This document shows positions 11,365 through 20,595 of a stretch of 64,000 nucleotides of DNA, piece after piece (the stretch's first letter is position 1; each line of letters opens with the position of its first letter). Made by a program: the position numbers and the translations under genes. This stretch comes from Lama guanicoe. Lineage: Eukaryota. Location of the stretch: positions 19,799,082 through 19,863,081 of the forward strand of contig MU054323.1 of NCBI GenBank assembly GCA_013239625.1, read 5' to 3'. A model generated the notes under the pieces. That model saw only the letters and a list, made by a program, of their open reading frames with translations, ran no database searches and was not told the DNA's origin.

Positions 11365-14300
11365 GTACGAGGGTGGGGGTGCGGGGGTGAGGGTGCTGGC
11401 TGGACGTGCCCAGGCCCAATCACTCTGCCTGGAAAAAGAACCCTTGTTCTTACAAAGAAGCAGAGCCCCAGTGACTGTGCCCAGGTCAAACTGGGGGCAG
11501 GACCCCGACCTTGGCCGCTTCCCACTACACCACCCTGCCTCTCACTGCGGGGTGGCCGTCCCTTTACGGAGGGACTCCCGAGTTTCTCAGCTTTCACACT
11601 GTATCTCTTGAAGTCAAAGGCAAGGACAGAGGGTCCCCAAACTCGGGGTGGGCGTGGGAGCCCGTTGGGACTTAAGGACCCTGCTTCTGGCTGGAACTGG
11701 GCTGTTAAGCACAAGGGAAACGACACTGAATAGAGGTCATCCCTGACTCAGTATCCCAACCGCAGTGATAGGGTCCCCTTTCTTGATGGAATTGGAACCC
11801 CACTTCGCTCAACTTCCAGTGACTTATCTGGCTTTGAAGTTGGGGTGGGACAGCAGTGAGATTAGGAAGAGCAAGGAAGAGACCAGGCTTGATTCCCAAA
11901 GAATATTCCCACCCCCTACTCCCCACCCTACCCAGAAGCCACTGGAAGGAGTGGAGGGGATTGAGTTGTAGGCCAGAAATTGCACAGCCCTACCCAGAAG
12001 AGACCCTGGAGTCCTCCAGGCCTTAAAGTTGGCTTTCGAACCATTGCGGAAGCCTCAGGGTCCTAGCCTGGGGAACAGGCTGAGGCCCTGAGGGTCTGAA
12101 TGTTATGTTATCTGAGCCAATGTGGCCAAGAGGCTGGAAGCTTGAGAAGGCTAGATACCCTGGTCCTACTAAATGGGACTCTGTTTCTCCTGTTCACTGA
12201 GGGGCGAGGGGAAAGATGAGACCCCCACCTTGTCCCCTCCAGGCCAGAACAGGAGAGTGGTCCTCTCACAGTCCCAGCACTGCCCTTCTTCCTCTCCCCT
12301 AGCTCTCCTCCGGCCTTGAGTCAGCCCTAGGATAGACACCCCGTTCCCTTTGCACATGTCTGAGCAGACTGAGGGGAATCCCTGACTGCTCTTGGCCTAG
12401 CGAATGTAAGGCGTGTGCAGGCTCCCCAGCTGAGGAACCTTGCCCACACCTTCCACCTCATAGCCCAAATCAGATTAACCTTTCTGCACCCAGCAAAAGT
12501 GACCAGAAACCCCGGAGGCCCTCCCTTCTTTTCTCAGGAGGGGGATGGACCACAGGTCTGGGTGGGTATTGCAGAATAAGAGAGAGAGGCCAGAGAGCTA
12601 TTTATACTCCTGCTGGCTCCCAGTCTCCCCAGGCTACTCCAGCCCTGGTCAGACACTTGTTCACTGGGTCCTGGGCCTTGAAATGGTTGCAGAAGGTCAG
12701 GCAAAGCCAACAGTTGTGGGTGGTTATGCCTGGTTGCACAGCTGACACAGCGGAGCTTCAGGGAGTGAACGGCTGGTTACGTGGCCATTCTAACTGGGAG
12801 GGTCTTGTTCTCATTGCTTCCCAGGGGCTCCTGGGAACTTTTTGGAAACCCTGGGGTGTCAGCCAGATTCCAAGGGGGTGGAGAAGGTCTTGAGTGTCTT
12901 AGCAGGATATTAAGTGTTAGTTAATTGACTCAAGATCCTCCTCCCTTTTGACAGATTTGAGGTTTGACGTGCTTTGCTGTCCCTTAAGGAACTTCTCCCG
13001 CCCTCTCTTACCCCACCCAGACTTCCCGAAGAGCATCCAGTTAACCGCCTCTACACACATCACAGACTGGTCCTCCACTTTAATGTCAGGCCCCCAGCCC
13101 AGTACTGATGATGTCAAAGGAAAAGATTACAACTGAATCGTTTTCACCCATTCCTTTTCTAGACCGATACTGGGTCTGTCTGGGATTGGCTGTGTGACTC
13201 TTACAGGGTCGAAGACTGGGGTTCATTGCCCTGGGGCACAAGTGTTGTAAGGTGGGGAGGGTCCCAGGTCCTTTCTATCAGGGCAAAGGTGAAAAGCTAC
13301 CATTATGGGGTAGTGGAGGTAACAATGTGAATTTAGGGACTGCTTTGGTGGTGAGGCTCCTACATTTATCCCCTGACCCCCACACTAGTATCTCTCTGGC
13401 TTCTTCAGCAGTGTCGCCTCTGCTGCTGGGAAGCCTGCGTGGGCTCTCCCTGCTCAGGAGGCGTCAGCTTGGGTGTGCAGAAAGCTAGAAATAATGTTTT
13501 ATGAATACCTCATAATCATTTAAAATTTCAAAATTGTTCAACTGTTTGCTGAATCAGGGAGGAGCCAGAGAATGTTTCCCACTCCCCCAGGCTGCCCTAA
13601 GCCCCCTCCCCTCCTCTGGCAGCCCTCCAGTTAATGCTGTGGGTTCAAATGGAAAAGGCCTAGGATAGCATGTCCCACTGGGCACTTCCGAGCACCTGCT
13701 CCAGTCTCCGGGGACTGCCTGGGTGAGCTCTCTATCCATCTTCTGTGACCCCTCCCCAGCCCACCTCTGACAGACAGACACACACACACAGAGTCCCTCA
13801 CGTGATAGATGCCTCTATAGCCCAGGGTCAAAGGGTACAGGGGTCTTCCCTCCCCTGCACCTCTGTCATCCCCCAGGGCCTCAGGCCTCAGATGGGGCCC
13901 CAGGCCTCTTCCCAAATTCTGGCCCTGCTAGAGTATATTTCTTCTCCCAAATGAACAAAAGATGCAACTGAAATGCTCAGCCTAACGCTTCCTTCTGGTG
14001 GTGGGGGGGGGGGTTTAATGGTGTCTTTTTATTTTTTCCTGAGGGGTGTTGATTAATACCTCGTTAACAGCGCATTTAACGACCTCCGGGTGTTTAATAA
14101 CCTTCAGAAGTTTCCCACAAAGGCTCAAACTCTGGGCAAGAAAATGAGAACCAGGCCCCAGCACTGCTCCCCTTACTTCCCCCTACCTCTGCCCCACTGG
14201 GGTCTGGGGCCTCCCTAGGCTGATGCAGGTCAGGGAGGGGAGGGTGGAGAGACAGGGAAGAAGAGGGCACCCGGGGCTCTGCCCTGATCCCCCAAGTCTC

Positions 14301-17300
14301 AGCCCTAGTGATCTGACGGCAGACGCTGAGACATGCCTGCCCTCCTGCCTGCTGGTCTGAGGCGGTGGGCTCCAGGGAGAGGGAGCTGAAAGGGCGCTCC
14401 TGAGATGCAAGGGAGCATGTCAGGGCCTGGAGTGGTGCTGGGAAGGGTGTGAAGGGTGACAGTATACAGGGACATCTAGCTCAGGGGCTTGGCCCCCTCG
14501 CTGCCCCACCCCCCCCCCCCCCCCCCCCACCCTGGGCAGCTCTCTCCTCTCCCTACTCTGGCCTGGACAACTCAGCCTTTGTGTTCCTACCCCACAGGGT
14601 GCTGGTTGTTTTCAGCACCGGCTGATCCCAAGCTGGTGTGCAGTGTTGTGGGAGAGGCTGGGAGAAGCAGGGCTCTCTGTGGATGCTGGTTTAGGTGTTA
14701 GTGACAAAGTCAGGCTGTGCTTCCCAGAAGCCCCTGACCAGCTGAGCTGTACCAAGCCCCTCCCCCAGATCATGTGGCGTGGGCAGGCCTTGTGAGCGTG
14801 CCCTCAAAGGGCCAGTCTTCCCCAGGAACCATCTCTTACCACTACCCGATGTGAGTGACCCCCCGCCCTGCCCAACAACTATGCAAAGAACACTAGAGGA
14901 TCTGCCCCTTAGACACTTTGTCTTATCAACACTTGTTACCAATCCCAAGGGAGATTGCTTCTCCTTGAGAAAGCCCACAGCAGAGAAAAAATGAAGGTGC
15001 CAGAAAGTGGATATGATGAAGAAAGGACAAGGGTTAGAGCAGGGGAGGAGTTATAATAACCACCCACTGGTGTGTCGATTAGCAAATGGTACTCTTGGAA
15101 AGAACCAGGCTGTGGAATCAGAGTGACATATATTTGAATCCTAGCTCCTGCATTTCTTAGCTTGTGTGACCCTGTGCAAGTAACTTAACCTCTCTGAGTT
15201 AGTTTCCTCATGTGCGAGTTAGAGATAATAATAGTACCTACCATGCTCTATTAAGGTTATTCTAAGGATTGAGTTATACATACAAAACATTTAGCACAGT
15301 GCCTGGCACATGGTTAACACACAGTAGCCAGATCTGCCCATTTACCTGAATGGCAGAGGTAAGGGGCTGATGGAGTCAGTAGGAACTCAGGCTTCTGGGA
15401 CACAGGACAGGCTTCCTGGGCAGTGTTGCTATTCTATTCTGGCCTGAGCTGAAGCAAAGACCTAGGGATGAGGCGGAAGAGGCATTTGACAGCCCAGCCC
15501 TTCCCTGTCCCCACCCCCACCCTGTGACCTCATGACCTGCCTGGGCCTCTTCCAGCTCTATGGCTACTGCTACCAGGACAGCGAGGACATCCCGGACACT
15601 CTGACCACCATCACGGAGCTGGGCGCCCCGGTGGAAATGATCCAGCTGCTGCAGACTTCCTGGGAGGATCGATTCCGAGTGAGCAGGGAGGAGGGCCGGG
15701 CTCTGGGCTATTTGCTGGGATGGTTCTCCCTTAGAAGGCCAGCCCTCCAGAGCAGCTCTGACTCCTCCTCAGTCGAGGGAGAGGGAGGGAAGGATGGAGC
15801 AAAGCTGACTCGGCCATCAGCCAAAGGGTTCAAAAAAGAAACAAGACAGAAGATCCTGAGGGTTTTGTGCTCCTGCTCCAAACACACACACACACACCCC
15901 CTCACCCCGGCTGCATGAGGGTCAGCGTCCTAGGACTAGAAAAGATCTTAAGTTCATCTTGACCCTCCCTCTACTTCCATACACTGGACAGAAGCTACAC
16001 TAAAGATACACCTTCAGGGAGGAGATTCATCGTCCCTAGACTTCCCTGCTGCCCATTCCCTACGTCCTCCATGTTACCAGCAGGGCCAGGCCAGCCAAGG
16101 GGTAACAGAAAGTCACTGACTTGCTCAGTAAGGCCCCAAGCCTCGGTCCTTAGTGAACACTAGAGCCTTTAAGAGGAAGGCAACCCCTCGCCCCATCCCA
16201 GCTAAGTCCCAAGCCCCAAAAGAGGGAGTCCTGGAGCCCCCAGGCCCCCTCCCAGGAGAGAAGCAATGAGCAGCCCGGTGTCTGCCCCTCAGATCTGCCT
16301 GAGCCTGGGCCGCCTTCTCCACCACCTGGCCCACTCCCCGCTGGGCTCCGTCACTCTGCTGGACTTCCGCCCCCGACAGTTTGTGCTGGTGGATGGGGAG
16401 CTGAAGGTGACAGATCTGGATGACGCCCGCGTGGAGGAGACGCCGTGTTCAGGCAGCGCCGACTGCATACTCGAGTTCCCAGCCAGGAACTTCACCCTGC
16501 CCTGCTCAGCCCAGGGCTGGTGCGAGGCCATGAACGAGAAACGCAACCTCTACAACGCCTACAGGTGCCCTCCACCCCCACTCAGGAAGGCCAGTGATGG
16601 AGCGCGGGCCCCAGGGGCACCAGCAGGGAGACAGCCAGTGTGGGGTTCAGGGCAACAGCCAGGGCGGGGAGACTTGGCCGTGACCACTGGAGCAGCAGGG
16701 GCGGGGAAAGGCTTCCACCCAGTCAGGAAGGGAACATTCAGGCTCCCGAAGCTAAAAATAGTCAGCTCCAAGGAGAATCTGGGTTGGAGGGTGGCAGCTG
16801 GAGGCTTCTTAAAATAGTGTCAGACTCAGAGCCCAGGGCTGGTGGGATGGGCACTGCCCCTTCCTCCCCTAGCCCTTCACCCCTGGAAGCTCCTCATAGG
16901 ACCAAGCCATGGGTCTGCTCTGACACTGGTCAACGGGGCGATAATGTGGGGCTTAGGGGGTGGGGAAGTCCTGGGGACAGCTGGGGAAAACAGACCTCAG
17001 ATTTCGGTTTGGTATGATATTACCCGTGGCCCTAGCATGTGCCCAGACCTCTATCCTGAGTCTGAATAGACGCCGTGGCACGCTCTGGGGGTATAGATGC
17101 CTAGTTGGTTGGCCTGAGGGGTCAGGCTTCCTGGCCAGATTGGGGTTCTGTCCCAAGTTGGGGTAGAGAAGGGTGTGTCCCCAAAGGCAGGATCACTGAG
17201 CCCCTGACTTCTCTCTGCCCTAGGTTTTTCTTCACATACCTCCTGCCCCACAGTGCCCCACCCTCACTACGGCCTCTGCTGGACAGCATTGTCAACGCCA

Positions 17301-19793
17301 CAGGTGAGCTCTCCAGGGCCCACCTGCTTCCCATCACCCTGCTCCTACCCCAGCAGGCATGGTAACGAGAATGACCCAGGACAGCTCATGGTCCAGAAAC
17401 CATCATTTCCCAAAGTGACATTCTGTGGCAGCCCTTCTCCCTGATCCTCTGGACATCAGGACCCAGGCTCCAAGGGGAGAGGGAGAAAGGCAGCTGGCAG
17501 CCCACCTCAGGGAGAAGTCGGAGCCCAGATACCCTCTCATAGCCACACTGCACTCTGCAGGAGAGCTCACCTGGGGTGTGGACGAGACCCTGGCCCAGCT
17601 GGAGAAGGTGCTGCACCTGTACCGGAGCGGGCAGTATCTGCAGAACTCCACGGCAGGCAGCAGAGCGGGTGCGTGGCCTCGGCAGGGATCTAGGGGCTGG
17701 GGAGGTGGGGAGCAGATGCAAGGGTGAGTGACCTCCCAAAGAGGGCCCAGTGGCTCATCCTCCCTCTCAGCCTCACTTGGGGTGATGGAGAGACCGCTGA
17801 GCACTTAGCCTTCACTTAGAGGTCTTATCTCTGGCTGAGTGAGAACAATTATAATTGGGCCTTGAACTGAGGGGTGGGGACCAACACCCCTTCCTAGAGT
17901 GGCTGCAAACCCCACGATATACTGACTATGTAACTTTGAGCAAGTTCTTACACCTTGAACCTCACTTTCCTCATCTGTGAGTTGGGTTCAGTATTACCTG
18001 CCTCACAAAAGTCTCATGGGGAGTAAATGCCAAGTGAAATGTGTGAAAGCAATTAGCCCATTTCCTGTTACACAGCTGGAGCACAATGTATGTTTGCTTC
18101 TCTTTCCTTCCTCGCCCTTCTGGGGCTAGAAGGGCAGCTGGAGGTGGAGAAGGTCTCCACACTGAAACCAGTTAAGGAGCCCCAGAGCAGGGAGAGGATC
18201 CTAGCCACGGGGCTGTGGTCCCTGCGCTGAGGCCCTGGGGTTTAGCGTGGTTGGTGGGGGGCAAGGGATGGGCAGCGTCCGTATTCAAGGAGCTCCGGCC
18301 AGTCTGAGGGGTGGGGGAGCCCTCGTTAGCCCTGTAAATAAAGTTTAACGAGGTGAACAATGGCTGGCTCTGTCCCTGAGGACGCCGTTTATGGGGCAAT
18401 AAATCACAGCCAACCCTGGACTTTGGTCTAGCCCCTGGTAGAAGGAGGAGGCAGGAGGGCGGGGTGGCCAGAGGCCCAGGGCTTCTGCATTATCAGCCCC
18501 GAGCTGGGGCTCCCCAGGCAGCGGGAAGGACTCAGGGAACAGGAGGCCTGAGCTAAACAGCTTCCGGACTGAGGAGATTCCAGAGCCTCTGGGGGCTCTT
18601 TCTGTGTAATGGGGAGATCTCAGATTCTTCCTCCAGCCTCCGCCCCTAACACTGAAGTTGTGGATTCCCACATGGTAATTTTTTTTGTGTGTTTTACATT
18701 TATTTGCATGCCTCTGAACTTCAGAAACTCCTGACTGCCTGCCCCTACGAGCTTGCCTAACTTCTCTCCCCAGGGCCAGGAGGAAATGGGACCAAAGGGC
18801 AGCTCTAAACTCTTGCTACTCAAAGCGTGGTCCACAGACTGGCAGCACTGGGAAGTTGGCTGCAAATGCCAGTTCCCAGGCCCCGCCACAGATCTTCTGA
18901 ATCAGAATCTGCATTTTACCCAGATTCTCTGGAGATTCACACGCACATTGAAGTTTGAGCAACCTGGCTTTGAATGTCTAGAATGTCTTGAGCTCAGCAA
19001 CCAGCCTGGACAGTCTGTAGCTCACGTGTGCATTTATCCCATGCGTGTGCCCACCATCATGTGCAGCCTGAACCAGCTGCATGCCCTTAGATTTGGGAGA
19101 TGTGCGTCTCCCAAAAACTAAACCTGAGCTTTGCCTTTCCTGAGTGGTTATCCCGGTTCCACAACGGTAGCTGCCTTCCTCTCCATGCTGGGGGCACTGG
19201 GCTAGATTTCAGCTTTCACCTAAGAAATGAGTCTCACAGCCCCTTAGAGAAAGCGACCCCAGCCGTCTCCCCTGGGGACACAGAGTTCTCATTTGAGTTC
19301 CGTCCCCAACCCACAGAGTACCAGCGCCTCCCAGACAGTACCGTCCCCCAGGAAGACTACCGCTGCTGGCCATCCTACCACCACGGAAGCTGCCTCCTGT
19401 CAGTGTTCAGCCTGGCTGAGGCTGTGGACATTTGTGAGAGCCATGCCCAGTGCCGGGCTTTCGTAGTCACCAATCAGACCACCTGGACAGGTGAGCCAGT
19501 GGGAAAGGACATCCTGAGGGCGGTGACCTGACCTCCTGGAAGAGATTAACAGATAGTGGTCCCCCATCAGAAACCAGAAATGATGAGAAAACAAGGAAGC
19601 TGAGATGATGAGAGACAAGCATCCTTAAGGCAGTTGTGTTAGGGAGAGTGGCCCCGCCTCCGGGGAGAGAAACATCCAGTCCAGTTACCTCTCATCTCTG
19701 TCCCCAGGCCGGCAACTGGTCTTTTTCAAGACAGGATGGAGCCACGTGGTCCCTGATCCCAGCAAGACCACATACGTGAGGGCCTCTGGCTGA
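10726..19793 (+). CDS. PKDCC: PKDCC / VLK extracellular tyrosine-protein kinase, full spliced CDS: join(10726-11364,15556-15678,16293-16564,17224-17303,17561-17668,19317-19490,19708-19793)
   Basis: Exon lengths 639+123+272+80+108+174+86 = 1482 nt (493 aa + TGA). All introns are GT-AG with consistent phases. N-terminal hydrophobic signal/anchor ([21 protein letters not shown]), Gly-loop GSGYTK, VALK lysine, atypical catalytic loop LLDFRPRQF and DLD in place of DFG, as is characteristic of PKDCC. Confidence 0.97.
15105..15325 (+). mobile_element. MIR SINE in PKDCC intron 1
   Basis: ttgaatcctagctc...gcaagtaacttaacctctctgag...agcacagtgcctggcaca. Confidence 0.85.
15556..15678 (+). CDS. PKDCC: PKDCC exon 2 (LYGYCYQD...WEDRFR)
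   Basis: Acceptor ctcttccag; donor CGA|GTGAGC; 123 nt. Confidence 0.96.
16293..16564 (+). CDS. PKDCC: PKDCC exon 3 (ICLSLGR...LLDFRPRQF...TDLDD...NLYNAY)
   Basis: Acceptor tgcccctcag; donor CAG|GTGCCC; 272 nt; contains the catalytic and Mg-binding loops. Confidence 0.95.
17224..17303 (+). CDS. PKDCC: PKDCC exon 4 ([13 protein letters not shown]...IVNAT)
   Basis: Acceptor ctctctgccctag; donor CAG|GTGAGC; 80 nt. Confidence 0.95.
17561..17668 (+). CDS. PKDCC: PKDCC exon 5 ([10 protein letters not shown]...NSTAGSRA)
   Basis: Acceptor ctctgcag; donor CGG|GTGCGT; 108 nt. Confidence 0.93.
17920..18090 (+). mobile_element. MIR SINE in PKDCC intron 5
   Basis: actatgtaactttgagcaagt...cctcactttcctcatctgt. 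Confidence 0.7.
18804..18965. mobile_element. MER5A-like hAT-Charlie DNA transposon in intron 5
   Basis: ctactcaaagcgtggtcc...ctgaatcagaatctgcattttacccagat...gcacattgaagtttgag. Confidence 0.8.
19317..19490 (+). CDS. PKDCC: PKDCC exon 6 (YQRLPDST...NQTTWT)
   Basis: Acceptor cccacag; donor CAG|GTGAGC; 174 nt; Cys-rich C-terminal segment. Confidence 0.94.
19708..19793 (+). CDS. PKDCC: PKDCC exon 7 coding part ([10 protein letters not shown]...YVRASG*)
   Basis: Acceptor ctctgtccccag; TGA at 19791-19793. Confidence 0.94.
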
Positions 19794-20595
19794 CCTGTCT
19801 GTGGGCTCAGCTGACCATCCCTGCCAGCTGGGCTTGCCTGTGACTTGCACTAGCAGCACTGCATGTCACCTGGGCACCACTGCAGACAAGGCTGACATCC
19901 CAGACAGACCGAGGTGACCAGGACAACGTGCAATACTGCCAAATGTTAAAATGTGAGTTTACCAGTCTAGGTCTGGGACTGCTGGCCTCAGGGCCAGGAA
20001 TCATGGGGGGCTGACTGCCCCTCCCACCCTCTGGGCTGCCAGCAAGGCTCAGGCTGGTCTCCCCACTGGGGGCTCTGCCCCTCACTGGGACGGTTCTATG
20101 GGCAGCCCCATCACTGTGTTCATAGTGTGAGAATGTAGCCAGAGCCCCTGCTGCTGGTGCTGCTGCATGTGCCATGGCCCGGCGGGGGCCGCGTGGGGAC
20201 AATCGGTCATGAAGCGCTCTCTCAGCCAAGCTCGCAGTGGGAGATTGGAGGGATGCTATAGGTTGTGGGCGATTCTGTACGTGGGTGGCCACCTCTGGGC
20301 ACCCGACAGGGAGCACTCATGGGCCCGCCCAGGGACCGGGGCAGAGAGCACACAAGGTATGAGCCAAGTCGTGGGGTCAAGGAGCAGGTAGCAGTTTGAG
20401 CCAGGACCTGGAGTGGGGGTGGGGCCTTTCTGCCTCATTTGCTTTCAGTGAAAGCCGCAAAGCAGCCAAAACCAGCCTCTCCCCCTTCCTGGAGTTTGTA
20501 TATCCAGAAGCTTTTGTACTTCTTATTCATTAAAATGTTTATTTTTGTAAAAAAAAAAAAAGTCAATTAATAAAACGACATTTCACAGCAAGGAC
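19794..20595 (+). other. PKDCC: PKDCC 3' UTR (approximate end)
   Basis: Runs from the stop codon to an AU-rich end carrying polyadenylation signals. Confidence 0.75.
20529..20574 (+). terminator. Polyadenylation signals ATTAAA (20529-20534) and AATAAA (20569-20574)
   Basis: Hexamers seen directly, separated by a genomic A13 run (20549-20561); upstream TGTA elements. Confidence 0.75.

Larger units (their letters stand above)
9900..11400. promoter_or_regulatory. CpG island / PKDCC promoter, 5' UTR and exon 1
   Basis: Very high GC and CpG density; GC boxes (GGGGCGGGG ~10491); no evident TATA. Confidence 0.92.

Noticed and set aside
9889..11733. Several long overlapping ORFs on both strands (258-494 aa), including the 335-aa ORF running past exon 1
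   Set aside because: These result from stop-codon scarcity in the CpG island and from spanning the N gap. The true frame splices out at 11364.
19791..19800. Programmed stop-codon readthrough of PKDCC
   Set aside because: The context is TGA CCTG, not the TGA CTAG readthrough motif
19807..20316. 169-aa antisense ORF in the PKDCC 3' UTR
   Set aside because: No homology recognised; expected by chance in GC-rich UTR sequence
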